DNA of 64,000 nt from Eledone cirrhosa (Eukaryota). The position numbers were made by a program, and so were the translations under genes. This document shows positions 12,529 through 26,296 of this stretch, in pieces. The notes beneath the pieces are model-generated. The model made no database searches. It worked only from the letters and a program-made list of their open reading frames with translations, and had not been told where the DNA came from. Each line of letters opens with the position of its first letter. The first letter of the stretch is position 1. The stretch is from contig OZ024741.1 of assembly GCA_964016885.1 (NCBI GenBank), forward strand, positions 200,756,001 through 200,820,000, read 5' to 3'.

Positions 12529-14207
12529 ATAATAATAATAATAATAATAATGATGATTTCTTTATTGGCCACAAGGGCTGAAATCAATAAAAACATTACA
12601 GACGGCACAGGACGGCACAGGACGGTACAGGACGGTACGATGTGGGTTTTGTGCGTGTAAATATTTTTATTATTTATATTAGAAAAGAAAAAAAAGGTCA
12701 TAGAAACATATATATATAAACAATAAAAATGAAAATTGAAACAATGAAAAATTCCCCAATAGGGGGGAAACCTCCGAGGGTTACTCGTGGCGAAAACCAG
12801 ACAAAAGACCACGGCCACCCTGACCACCAGGGCAAGCGCCCTCTCTCAATTTTTCCATTTCTCAAACTACAGACGTATATTCAGAGTGGTCCCGTTCACT
12901 CGGACCATTCTCGCTACATTCACCCACCTTTCAACAAACTTGCTAGAAAGCAGCACTTGCCTCTCCACCCTGATTTTCCTCTTCAAGTGAAACTTGAAAA
13001 AGTTAATTAGGGATTCGCCGAAGAGGAAAGTGTCTGTCTTTAACTCTTTTAACCTTGTCCACCACACAATCTCTTTCGCCATGGCCACCAGGCAGATGAA
13101 AACCACCTGCCCTTCCTCCTCGAAGGAAGACGGCGAGACCATCTGCACAATGGACTCAGTCGACAACCGGATCAGTCCTACACGCGACAGCAACTGTTCG
13201 ACATAGCTCCACAAGTCAGCAATGCTCGGGCACTGAACGAGTGCGTGCACGACGGTTTCGTCGTTCTGCGCGCATCTCGGACAGGCTCGGCTGACGGCAC
13301 TTCCGTGCCTGTAGAGCTTATCTCGAACCGGCAGCGCTCCCCGGTAGCACTGCCAGGCCAGGAATTTTTGGAAGTTATCCGTAGGCCCTGGGCTGAAAGT
13401 TCTCCGGAAGAGAGCAAACAGCTGATCTTCTTCGACGCCCAGGATCTCTCCGAGAATGTCGTCGCGCTTCCCCTCCACTAGTCCTCTATAGAATGCTGAG
13501 GTGGATGTTCCACCGATACTGGTGCCCAGCTGGCAGAGGGCAGTGAGCGCCTGGAGACATTCCAGTTTCCAAGCGCTATCCCTCGGTCTTTTTCTGACCC
13601 AGGACTGCAGCTCTGTCAAGGAGACGAGCTGTGGGAAAACGTGCCTGGCGAACGGCGACCACACCTGTTCACCATTAAGGAAGCACCATAGATGTCGCAG
13701 CCTCAGCGCATGTTTGCGCATCATCAGCCATGGTATGCCCAGTCCTCCACGCAACGGGTGTTGACAGCAGATGGATCGTCTGACCATGGGAGCGCGTCCC
13801 TTCTGCAAAAAGCGGAAGAGGAGGCGCTCCATTTTGGTGAGAGTTGGGCTGGAGCAAGGGACGACGGTGAAGCGGTAGCAGATGACGGATGCGATGTACG
13901 CATTCGCCACCTCCGCCCGGCCTTTCAGGGACAGCTTCCTCTCGGCCCATTTCTGGGTGAGGGAGGCCACCCTGCTCGTCACCTCGTTCCAGTTTTTCTC
14001 CATCTGGAGGTCCGGTCCGAACCAGACACCGAGCAATTTAACCGGTCCGTCGGTCCAACGCCCCACGACGCTGTCGGACGGCATGGACTTGTCTCTCCAG
14101 GTGCCGAGCTTCAAGCCCACCGACTTTTCCTGGTTTATCTTTGCTCCTGTCACCGCTTCGTATTCCTTGAGATCGGTGCCGAGCATCTGGACGTGTCTGG
14201 TGCTCAA
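12529..14207 (-). mobile_element. 5'-truncated Tx1/L1-clade LINE: ORF2 C-terminus (12867-14207), 3' UTR and (TTA)n tail
   Basis: 446-aa open frame with GAKINQEKS, KLLGVWF, LSLKGRAEVAN, GGLG and the zf-RVT motif CPRC..ETVVHALVQC. Confidence 0.9.
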
Positions 14208-14409
14208 AGAAATTTTTTGTTTGATAATTATTAAAGTTTAAATTTTGGGCTCAAGGCCCCAATCTTTTTGAGTGTCCTTTTCAGAAAGCAATCTATGTGC
14301 ACTTATAAACAGTTAACAATAAAAATGTTCCATAAATGACAATTTTAAACAACTGAAAACAACAAACCTTTGCAGAGCTCACATAATACGATTTCCTACG
14401 TAGGTCGCC

Positions 14410-14444
<35 letters not shown>

Positions 14445-14600
14445 TTTCTTTATTGGCCACAAGGGCTGACATCAAGAAAAACATTACAGACGGCACAGGA
14501 CGGTACAGGACGGTACGATGTGGGTTTTGTGCGTGTAAATATTTTTATTATTTATATAAAGAAAAAAAAGGACGTAGAAACATATATATATATAAACAAT
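14410..14600 (-). mobile_element. Second, very short 3' tail of the same Tx1-like family
   Basis: Near-identical to 12535-12725. Confidence 0.85.
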
Positions 14601-14620
14601 AATAATAATAATAATAATAA

Positions 14621-17610
14621 AACCCCGTGACCAAGAAATACCGGGATGGCGGCCGACGGGGAATAGCCGTGTCTCTAGGGGAGAACGACCCCTCCTGTCT
14701 GGTTGACACTCGTCCTAGAAGTGGTAACACGAAATGATTACCCCTTGGCGGTTAAGGATAAAACGCGACAAAAGAAAGTAAATGTCAAATGATAAAATCT
14801 CATACCGGATCGGCCGTCACCCGGGTGAAAAAGGGCCGTGTCCCTCAGAGAGGATACAAACTGGGGTCGAAAAATCAGCTAATGCTTCAAACCTTCCCAT
14901 CACTTCGGAGCTGGAGACCTCCCATAACCGGAATACTCCTACTGTTGGCCCTCCATGCTCACCACCAAGAAACCCAAAGAAAAAGAGAGAAAAATGGTCA
15001 AGGGAAGACAATAAAGAAGTCCTTGAGGCTTTCTACACTGCCATGTACTACCCATCAAATAGTTCAAATACAGAACAGACATATATCAACTGCAAAAAGA
15101 AACATCCCGAAAACAGAGGCTATATTGACAGTAACAAACTTGCCAATATACGAAGAAATATTGTTTAAAAAAAGTTACTAACTGATATAGAAATTGATCA
15201 GATCAAGCTATTAGCACAAAGTCAGCGAAGGGAAAATGAAACATGTGTTAGTGAAAATGATGTAAATTGTAACACTTCGAATCCCAGGGTTGGGGCGGAA
15301 TCATTGACAGCAGAACAAATTAAAGAAAGGATCGAAAAAGAAATGAAGGAGAATGAATTTGCCAACTTGAAGGATGAAATTATGATCGAATGGATGAAAA
15401 TGAAAGAATCTGACATGGGGGAACGAGACACTCTCCCTAAGATCCAGAACGCCAAACAGAACCAAAAGATAATACACAAGACTAACATAATTCTCAAAAC
15501 ATTATCATCACAAACAAACTAAACATTACTGATCTAAATCATCTCTATTATGCATCGGCTAAGGTCACCACTCACTTATAAGGAGTGAAAATGAAAAAAA
15601 CAACGGAATTCTCACAAGAAATCTACTTGGCAAGAGAACATCAATCGCCAAATAAACCTGCTCCAATCTGACATAGAAATGATAACAAACTACAAAGTAG
15701 GTGAACATGTTAAACAAACTAAACTTAGAAAATTGAAAAGAAAATACAGTATAAAATCAACAAGTGACATAGACAAGCTGATAGAAATAATCAAGCAAAA
15801 AGTGTCGACTAACGCTGCTCGTATAAGGCGCTTTGAAAAACGATCTAGATTCTATAAGGACAATAATATGTTCAAAAACAACCAAAGAAACTTCTACAGA
15901 AAAATTGGCAAGTCAACAATAACTGCTAAATCAATACCACCCAAGGAGGAAGTGCAAGAATTCTGGGAAAAGATCTGGGCCGAAGAAAAAGTTCATATAA
16001 TATACATGCCCCATTGATAGACAGACAAATGAAAGATACAGCTCACCTTGAGGAACAAACATGGGAAAATATAGCAGTTGAACAGTTGCGTTTGGCTCTT
16101 AGAAAAACCAGCAAATGGAAATCCCCAGGAAAAAACAAAATACCAAATTTTTGGATAAATGCCTTCACAGAGTCTCATGAGCTGTTAGCCCAACTATACA
16201 ATGAAATAGTTAATGAGCCAGAAAAGATACCATCATGACTAGTTAACGGCATTACATTCCTACTTCCGAAGAATGATGAGACAAACAATCCCCAAAATTA
16301 CAGACCGATAACTTGCTTGACCACAATGTATAACATTTTAACATCAGTCCTAACTGAATATACATATGACCACCTGATAACAAATGATCTATTTCCCAAT
16401 GAACAAAGGTGTGTCAACAAAGGGTGTCAACGAGGCTCATATGGCTGTAAAGTCAGCTTTTGGTTAACAAAATGATACTGGAAGATTGTCATAATAGACA
16501 CAAAAATCTATCAATTGTTTGGATAGATTATAAAAAAAGAATTCGATAGTTTGCCACACAGTTGGATTGAAAAATGTTTAGAGATTTTAAAAATATCTCC
16601 CGTTGTCAGGAGGTTCCTGTCATTCAATATGAAGACATGGAAAACGACACTCCTTTTAAATAGTGAAAAAGAATCACTGGAAGCTGGAGAAGTTAATATT
16701 AATTGTGGAATTTTTCGGGGTGACTCTTTATCACCGTTTTTATTCTGCATCGCACTTATACCATTAAGTAAAATGCTCAATGAAACAAAACATGGATATA
16801 AAGTCTATGACAAAACCATTAATCACTTGTTCTACATGGATGACCTGAAACTATTTGCAAAAAATGATGAACAGTTGCAAGGGCTATTATCCACTGTGAA
16901 GCAGTTCAGTGATGACATTAAAATGGAGTTTGGACTAGATAAATGCGCCAAAGCAAGGTTCACCAGAGGAAAGCTGCTGAAAAGTTCAGACATTAATCTT
17001 GATCGGGGAAATGTGATAAGAGAACTTGATCAAGAGGAAACTTACAAATATCTAGGTGTTTGTGAAGGAGACGGAATCAAGCACTCGACAATGAGGGAAA
17101 GGATAAGGAAGGAATGTTACCGCAGAGTAAGAGCAATCTTAAGAACGGAATTGAATGCAAGGAATAGGTTCGATGCCATACTAGTAGTAACCTACAGTTA
17201 CAATGTCATCAACTGGTCAAGCACAGAGATCCGTAGGCTCGATACAAAAATTAGAAAATTCTTAACCATGCCCAGAATGCATCACCCTAAGGCAGATACA
17301 GATAGAATATATCTCCCTAGGAAAGAAGGAGGACGTGTGTTAATCCAGTTAGATATTGCGTTGAAAACTACAACAATTGGATTATCTACATATCTAAGGG
17401 AATCACATGATTAGATAGTACTGATAGGAACTGCCCATATACTAAGGAAGATTCTGTCAATATAAGTACATCACAAGTCTAAACACCTAAAGATGCATGT
17501 GTGTGTATGTATGGTCTTTCTTGAACATGGTGGACCTTGTATTCTCTTGAGATCACTGGTTGTGACTTGGTGATAACTCGTATGAACATAAAGCAAGATA
17601 AATGCAACTG
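14621..17610 (+). mobile_element. R4/Dong-clade non-LTR retrotransposon with frameshifts and an internal deletion, in (TAA)n
   Basis: Motifs WKSPG, NYRPITCL, GIFRGDSLSPFLF, HLFYMDDLKL, FGLDKC, YKYLG, RIYLPRKEGGR and terminal LIGTAHILRKIL*; (AAT)n on both sides. Confidence 0.88.
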
Positions 17611-17635
17611 TAATAATAATAATAATAATAATAAT

Positions 17636-17698
17636 GTAGCGGCTTGATATTCATTTCAACAAACTCTCCAGTTAAATAACATCAATGACTGAGACTCA

Positions 17699-17741
<43 letters not shown>

Positions 17742-18231
17742 GTATGAGCATAAGCCAGAGTCGGTGATAGAAAACGATCAGGTGAAGGTGCTGTGGGATT
17801 TTAGGATACAGACGGACAAGAAACTGGAACACAATAGACATGACCTGGTGGTTTTGGACAAGGAAAAAAGATTGTGCCTGATTGTGGATGTGGCCTGCCC
17901 ATTCGACACGAGAGTGCAAGAGAAGGAGAGGGAGAAAATTAACCGATACCAGGACTTAAAGTGGGAGGTAAACAGGATTTGGAACTGCCATGAAGTCAAA
18001 GTGGTCCCGATTGTCATAGGCGCACTAGGTACTATCTCAAAATGTTTCCAGGGATGGTTAAAGAAAATTGGCCCCGCCCCGCTTTTTGGAACACTTTAAA
18101 AGGCATGCTTGCTGGGAACAGCAAGAACCCTCCGATACGTCCTGAATATCTGAGGCTGCAGGTAGTGGCTTGATATTTATTTCAACAAACTTTCCAGTTA
18201 AATAACATCAATGACTGAGACTCAAAGAACA
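17636..18231 (+). mobile_element. Second R4/Dong family: solo 3' tail (17636-17699) plus RLE-endonuclease fragment (17741-18231)
   Basis: WYEHKPESVIEN..LWDFRIQTD..HNRHDLVVLD..IVDVACP..EKINRYQDL..VVPIVIGALG; both pieces end GACTGAGACTCAAA followed by (AAT)n. Confidence 0.88.
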
Positions 18232-18237
18232 ATAATA

Positions 18238-18275
<38 letters not shown>

Positions 18276-18283
18276 ATGTGTGT

Positions 18284-18350
<67 letters not shown>

Positions 18351-18408
18351 ATGTATATGTGCATATATATATGATATATACAAACGTATATATATGATAT
18401 ATATATAT

Positions 18409-18533
18409 AACGGAGGAAATGTGGTAAGGAACCAGGTGGACCATAACGCACCAAAGTACTCAATACTTAGGGTAGTAGAGTGGGTAATAGGAACGAGTAA
18501 GACCCCAACGGCTGAGCTCAAGCCGTTTCGTCG
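18409..18533 (-). mobile_element. Family-G element (3' half of an HHR plus tail)
   Basis: Minus strand GAAACGGCT-TGAGCTC-AGCCGT; same family at 30831, 35469, 38124 and 62358. Confidence 0.7.
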
Positions 18534-18542
18534 TATAACAGT

Positions 18543-18662
18543 TTTAATATAGATGAGATTCTACAGGACGAGAACTGTTTTATTCTTTAGAAATCATCAG
18601 GAATCCTGATGATTTCTAAAGAATGAAACAGTTCTAGTCCTGTAGAATCTCATCTATATTAA

Positions 18663-18667
<5 letters not shown>
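18543..18667. repeat. Hairpin insertion centred immediately 5' of an HHR core
   Basis: Arms ~60 bp; the + arm reads CTGATGA-T-TTC-TAAA-GAA-T-GAAA-CAGT-TC (18606-18634). Confidence 0.75.
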
Positions 18668-18708
<41 letters not shown>

Positions 18709-18769
18709 CATGTGCATTTGAAACATAAAAAAAAAGAACAAGAAACAAACGCTAACGTTATTTTCATAA

Positions 18770-18807
<38 letters not shown>

Positions 18808-19154
18808 AAAAGAATGAAACGAAATTTCATTTCTCACTCTTAGTACGGCTGATACTTAAATGTAAGTATGTATGTATACGTACATACATATATGTATACA
18901 GACGTACAGTAGTATGTATATATATATATATATACATGCACATATATATATATATGAACGTATGGGTTTACCGAACATTTATTATAATGTTCGGTTTGTT
19001 TGTAACAAACAGCTCGAATTACGCCGTACAGTGTTCAGGCAACCTTCGTCGCCTATTATTTCAACACTGACACGGGAACGATGTACTAGTTTCAAGCTTA
19101 TTAGCTATCGTCAGCATCGTATACCTTTCTGCCATATATATATATATATATATA

Positions 19155-20442
19155 TGAAAAACAAGCGGAGAAGAATACTGCATGGTTGCACATGGATTAC
19201 ATATTATAAAATTAATCCCTCATCAGTGATTTGCCAACTATCATTGGTATTTCATCGCATTAAAAATCAGATACCTCAGGTTGGTGCGAGCAATAACTAA
19301 AATAAGCTATTGGGACAAGTGAAACGCGTAAAGCGAGTGAGACAAGTAAACAACAGAAGGAAAAGCAAACCGAAGGTAGGGAAAACAGCAAGCAACATGA
19401 TAGTTATCCGATCAGCATAAGCTGGGTGAATTTCATGAGTAGTCAGAGAAGCAGACCGTACGCCGTGAATGCGGTGTGAGAAAGAAGGAACCCCACTACT
19501 AGCGAACGGGAGGAAGTGAGAAGGGGAGAAACAGAGAGTGAGTGAGTGGAAGTGCGAGGAAGAAGTCAGCCGAGAGAAAGTGTTAACTGACAGAGGGGAC
19601 GAAAGAAGGTAAGAGAAACAGAGAGAACGGGGGAGCAGTAAGAGAGAAAGAGAGAAACAGATAATCGCAGTTTAGGTAAATATATATGAAAAACAAGGGG
19701 AGAAGAATACTGCATGGTTGCACATGGATTACATATTATAAAATTAGTCCCTCATCAGTGATTTGCCAACTATCATTGGTATTTCATTTTACGCGTTTCA
19801 CTTGTCCCAATAGCTTATTTTAGTTATTGCACGCACCAACCTGAGGTATCTGATTTTTAATGCGATGAAATACCAATGATAGTTGGCAAATCACTGATGA
19901 GGGACTAATTTTATAATATGTAATCCATGTGCAACCATGCAGTATTCTTCTCCCCTTGTTTTTCATATATATTTACCTAAACTGCAATTATCTGTTTCTC
20001 TCTTTCTCTCTTACTGCTCCCCCGTTCTCTCTGTTTCTCTTACCTTCTTTCGTCCCCTCTGTCAGTTAACAATTTCTCTCGACTGACCTCTTCCTCGCAC
20101 TTCCACTCACTCACTCTCTGTTTCTCCCCTTCTCACTTCCTCCCGTTTGCTAGTAGTGGGGTTCCTTCTTTCTCACACCGCATTCACGGCGTACGGTCTG
20201 CTTCTCTGACCGCTCATGAAATTCACCCAGCTTATGCTGATCGGATAACTATCATGTTGCTTGCTGTTTTCCCTACCTTCGGTTTGCTTTTCCTTCTGTT
20301 GTTTACTTGTCTCACTCGCTTTACGCGTTTCACTTGTCCCAATAGCTTATTTTAGTTATTGCTCGCACCAACCTGAGGTATCTGATTTTTAATGCGATGA
20401 AATACCAATGATAGTTGGCAAATCACTGATGAGGGACTAATT
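19155..20442. mobile_element. 532-bp tandem-unit element duplicated in inverted orientation, with HHR-like motifs
   Basis: The unit repeats at 19155/19687 and 19836/20368; inversion junction at ~19788; (TA)n flanks. Confidence 0.85.
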
Positions 20443-20717
20443 ATATATATATATGCATATATATATAGAGAGAGAGGAAAAGAGAGGGTGGCAGTAACTT
20501 ACATTTATTTTTCGTAAACAACAAACAAAACTAACGGTTGTGGCAAATTTAAGTTCAATGCGGATTAACTCCTGTCCCCTGAAACAATATAGCTACCATT
20601 TTGATGACAACTTATATAGACAACTGCCCCATACTTTCTAAGCCAAGTTTGAACATGATTGGTTTACTTGTTTTTCAGTGCATTGGTAACAAACAGACCA
20701 GCAAACAAGCAATTTTG

Positions 20718-20830
<113 letters not shown>

Positions 20831-21759
20831 TTCGTTCTTGTATTTGTTTTAAAAGATTTCTTATCAGGAAACGTGTGTTGAAACAAATATTGTTATACTG
20901 CCAGGGTCATGCTGCCAATAAAAACACATGCACCTGTTGGTTTTCACTTCAATTTATTACACATTTCTGGTTGGTTGGTTTAATAACCGGATGATTGTTT
21001 ATTTATTTTCTCGTCACACATTCTGTGACCTCCTCTCTAGATCGCTGATTATGTGATATCATTTCACCTTTCCACTTTAAAGTATGGAAATTTTAGTCTA
21101 GTGTTTTATCTACAACACCTTATGTTTGTTTACTTTTGATTTTTTTTTGTTTATTTATATATTATATTTATATCGTATTTTTTTTATATATATTATAATT
21201 ATATTTTTCAATTTTTTTTTTTTTTAGATATTTACATTTCATATTACATTTTTCACCTCTATATATGTTTGGCATGTTACTATTTCCTTACTTTTCTGTA
21301 TCTCACCTCTAATGGCAATTCATTGTATATATTATATTGTACAACACTGAATAGTACATTCTATATATTATATATTATATAATATTCAGTGACCCTAGAT
21401 TCAATAATAGCCGCGGTTTTAATCTAATTTTATTTTAATTTAACTTAGTTCAATTTAATGAAACTTAAGAAATAACTTCAACTAAACACCTGTTTATCCT
21501 GAATATATATTTAAAACTAAGTTTGACAATGTGTAACCTCTCTCTCATAATTTATAGCGCCATGGAGGCAACCTAGTATATGTAATTTACTACATATATG
21601 TCTATCTTTATACTATTATCGTCGATATGTGGGCGATGGTGAAGTGTGTTATTCCATCGACCGCTAACTTGTGGTCCTTTGAGTAACGCATTGTTCAGAC
21701 TAACTTTGGCTATTGTAACCTATTTCCCTTGGACTTCACTAAGATACACTGGACTACCT

Positions 21760-23577
21760 GACCGGTCAAAAATAATCCACATCAACTGTAGCCCTCAGTG
21801 CGCATATAAACGCACGTAATAGATTCAGAACCCTTAATATCCTTTCGTAAATATAGGCAATTGGAGATTAAAAAAATAACTGCCTTATTTAAGACTCTCT
21901 AGTAAACTTTATTGTTTTCGATAATTCTTATTATTAATGAAACCTTGCAACCTTACAACCTTACAATGCGTAGCTAAAGCATTTTTAACTCTTAAGGATC
22001 ACAGGGCCGATTTTGTTACAAACCCCACTTGTAGACTATTGAACCCAGCACGTACAGTTTATCCTGGACAAAAAATCAACTAACTCAGAACTATTCGATG
22101 TCTCAATGGGATCATTCGATAGTACTGATGTCTGCGATATTTGGTTGGATTATACATATTAGATACGTTGTGAGTCAGGTACCCGGACTTCCACACGTGT
22201 TTATACCGCGACAATGGTCTGACCCTATCGAGCCATAAAAGCGGTCGCTACCTTGACCGTTTTAGAAAAGATCTAATAGCTATGCTCAATGAGTTAGGAC
22301 TTAAGATCATCGTAGCCACAAACATGACTAGCGTAGATTATTTAGATATCAACTACGGGGTCGATAAAATAAAGTACCAGTAATGCACTGGGTAATTGCT
22401 GGCCTTGTACCTAAAGTAGAAATAATTATTTAGATATCAACTTAGACCTTCGCACACACATATTCGGACCTTTCCACAAACTTAATGAAAAGTTAACTTA
22501 TATACACAATGACTCATGTCACCCACCTGTGGTCTTTAAAAACTTCGTTAAAAACATCAGTACTAGGATTTCTAATCTTTCTTCTAACATCTTTGACAGA
22601 GCGGCATCTTACAATAACTCTAAGTTAGCCAACAACGTCTCCTGCGATAAAATCTCTTACTCCCCTCCTAATCACACAAATAATAATTTGGTTCTTCCCA
22701 CCTTTCTCGCTCAGAGTTACAACCAATGTAGCTAGGACATTCTTGGCACTCCTAGACAAACACTTGCCATAAGACATACATGCAGGCCTATCTTCAAAAG
22801 ACACATGGTGAAACTCGGTCCTTTCTGTGCTAAAAATATGAAAGCCCACATCACCACCAGCCGGATGCTCTTGCTGAGGGCCAGAATCATGCCCTCTTCA
22901 AGAACAGTGTAACTTATCCGCAGTAGCGTATGAGGCTGAAGTTACATCCATTCGACCAAAACAACAGCAGGAGGTATAAACATATGTAGGCATATCGGGG
23001 CGCTGATTTAAAGAACACTTTTTTAACCTCAGACGACCTTTAGACACGCTGGTAAGCGATCGTCCACGAAGCTGGCATGCCACATATAGTCACTCAAAGA
23101 TGCAGACGTGAATTACTCCATTCAATGGAAAGTTCTGGTCAAATTCGGGTCATACAGAAGAGGCTAAAAGTCCTGTAAGAGTTAATGTTTACGTAACATT
23201 TGACGATGTTACGAATAACTTATAAGATGATTGCGTTGAAACGGAATTCCGCCCAGATAGATCAGTTTTAACCAATAACTGATAACTGCTATAAAATTCA
23301 CTAAATAACTAAATGTGTTGGCTCTCTAATGCAACATGCAATGAAATAACTGCACATTTGTTATTTCATTGAATGTGTTATCTATGGCCGGTAGTCACTA
23401 AAATAAATTCGGTGACTTCTGTAATATATATATACAATCAACACCATAAACACAGAGCTGGCATATCTAAGAACTGACTAACTGCCTGATGAGGTCATAG
23501 CCACTCAATGGCTATCATCGAAATATATATAGCAGTAAATAAAGGATTATGAGTTCATGCAATTGACTTATGTTTCG

Positions 23578-23580
<3 letters not shown>
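21760..23580 (+). mobile_element. Decayed Penelope-like element (RT, GIY-YIG and 3' pLTR)
   Basis: FDVSMGSFDSTDVCD/VGLYIL, LYRDNGL, VDYLDINLDL, YIHNDSCHPP, AYEAEV..YVG..FKEH. A SINE fragment is inserted at 22354-22428 with TSD ATTATTTAGATATCAAC. Confidence 0.85.
23481..23536 (+). ncRNA. Minimal type-I hammerhead ribozyme in the PLE pLTR
   Basis: ACTGC-CTGATGA-GGTCATAGCCA(CTCAA)TGGCTATCATC-GAAA-TATATA-TA-GCAGT: perfect stem I, then AATAAA. A decayed sister copy lies on the minus strand at 30295-30346. Confidence 0.85.
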
Positions 23581-23671
<91 letters not shown>

Positions 23672-23860
23672 TTCAGACAAGTTGAGAAAACAACTATACG
23701 TTTATCAAAGTGAAGTTTAATCTCCATGCGAGTTGACAGTCTTTAGATGCGAAGAGTGTAAAGCATCTGGAGTTAGTCCATTCACTGCATGGTTATATTA
23801 TTCACAGACCATATATATAAATAAATAAAACAACCAAAGCCGTTAACTGTACGTTTAATT

Positions 23861-23926
23861 GACCGACATGTGTTTCGCCAGGCTAAGCGAGTGGTACATT
23901 ATCATTAAATCCAGCTCTTCAGGACC
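23861..23926 (-). ncRNA. Hammerhead ribozyme motif
   Basis: GGTC-CTGAAGA-GCTGG...CTGGC-GAAA-CACATG-TC-GGTC; a degenerate inverted copy lies at ~23990-24080. Confidence 0.65.
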
Positions 23927-25074
23927 TATAAACATTAAAATAAACAATAACATAATATTTTGTTAATGTTAATTCAAATGTTTATATATGCCGAGAAGCT
24001 GAATTTAATGATAATGTACTACACGTTCTTAGAAACATATGTCGATCAATCAAATGTATAATTAACAGCTTTGGTTTATATATATATATATATATATATA
24101 TACTGTGTGTGTGAGTGTTAGTGTGTATGTTTTTGTCTTCCTGACTACTTTAACGTTTATGGGCAGCAATCAATCTCTATGATATATTTGATGTTACTGT
24201 ACTTTTCTTCCAGTCAAATACTTGAATTTTCTCCAAATATTTTAAAGCAATTACATGATTAATTGTTAGATATTACGTTCAGGTTGTTTTCTCTCACCTT
24301 CTTCACTTCCACCTCTCTCTCATCCCTCTTTCTACACCCTCTCACTCTCATAACTCTCTATCTCCCCATCTCTTTCAGTATGTTTATAGATATTTTGTTA
24401 CAGCTCACGTCAACTTAGGGTGCATTTAAAAAACGAGGTTGCATTTAAAAAAAGATTTTTCGGGTATTTTTTATGGTATGGTCTATAATAAAAAGCAACA
24501 TAAAATGAAGGGCTTTGCTGAGGAACATAACTTGTAACTCGCACCAGGAATTGAACTGATTGCCTTATGATTATGAGTCTAACCTCATAAACACTAAACT
24601 CACTGGTTTGAACCAGTTGGAAATGTGCATTAAACAGGAAACCCCCCCTCGCACCTACATGAGGTACACTAAAGCATTTTTGCGACTTTTTCTTTTCAGG
24701 CACTTTTAATTGACCTACGTAACTGTCACTCATCCTTGATAAGCTAATCTGCTACATAGTATACATATGGTCAGAGCAGATATATGATAAAAATTATTCA
24801 GTTCATTACCTTCAAATCATTTTAGGGATGTCTACGACTGCATTTTTCTTCATTGTTGAAGGCAGTTGAGCGTGATTTCAAGGAGATTTGCCTGTCAATT
24901 CTAGCATGTGAAGTGACAGCGTGGAAGCTCCTTCGCGGTATTCTAAAAGAGTAAAATGTGATTGCATGCTATTCGTATATTTCTGAAAATATTAACAGCT
25001 TAAGTTAAATTGCGTTACTCGAGAACTGGAACGTAGCTGCTGATACGAATTGCCGAATAACTCAAGACCACAAG

Positions 25075-25300
25075 GTGTTGAAGTATCAGTCGATTTCTGA
25101 TACGTTTTCCGTGAAACTTACAGAGGTGGAGACATCTAGCGTTCTTGGTCCCCGCACCACCTTCCTACTCACTGTTGTTGAGACGGAATTGGTCAACCGC
25201 AGGAGTGAGCCCCGCGAATTTGAATGGCTATTTATACGCGTCTCGCTCGTTATACTTCAAGGCAATGCTTTCTCTCATTTGTCAGCTGTATCCATGAGGT
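25075..25300 (+). mobile_element. CRE-like LINE 3' relic
   Basis: VETSSVLGPR..RRSEPREFEWLFIRVSLVILQGNA is homologous to 61387-62184. Confidence 0.75.
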
Positions 25301-26176
25301 GGCGTGCACCTGGAAGTCAGCATGGCAGAGAGAGTTCTTCCACATTATCCAAGTATATATCATTATGTAAGTGGGGGTGGTGGGCTGTGTAGTTATCTAT
25401 TTCTATTTCTCTCTCTCTCTGTATATATATAAATACATATATACAAACACATACGCGCGCGCGCAGACACACACACACACACACACTCACACACACACAC
25501 GCATATATATATACGTATATGTATGTATGTATATATTATAAGAGCAGATTAAAGTTTAAGCAAAGAATCGCTGTTTTCACCCTTAACGGGATCTTAGAAG
25601 ATCTCGTTAAGGGTGAAAGCAATGATTCTTTGCTTAAACTTTAATCTGTTCTTATAATGAATGTCTGCTCTACGGGTTTATATATATATATTTATTGTTT
25701 TCGGTGCGCCCGGTCGACTAACTCACTCGATATGCAAATTAGGCTGCTCAGCCGTTAATATGCATAAGGAAAGTATATACTTTCAGACGTTAAATCATCT
25801 GGCAGGAAGGTATACGATGCTGACGATAGTTAATAAGCTTGAAACTAGTACATTGTTCCTGTGACAGTATTGAACAAAAAGGCGACTATGGTTGCCTGAA
25901 CACTGTACGGCGTAATTCGGGCTGTTTGTTTACAAACAAACCGAACATTATAATAAATGTTCGGTAAACCCATACGTACATATATATATGTGCATGTATG
26001 TATATATATACATACTACTGTACGTCTGTATACATATATGTATGTACGTATACATACATACTTACATTTAAGTATCAGCCGTACTAAGAGTGAGAAATGA
26101 AATTTCGTTTAATCCTTTTCCGTTTATATCATTTATATATATATAATATATATATATATAGAGCTCGATAAGGGTT

Positions 26177-26296
<120 letters not shown>

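Noticed and set aside
13692-14241. Plus-strand ORFs overlapping the Tx1 ORF
   Set aside because: Antisense shadows of a GC-rich LINE.
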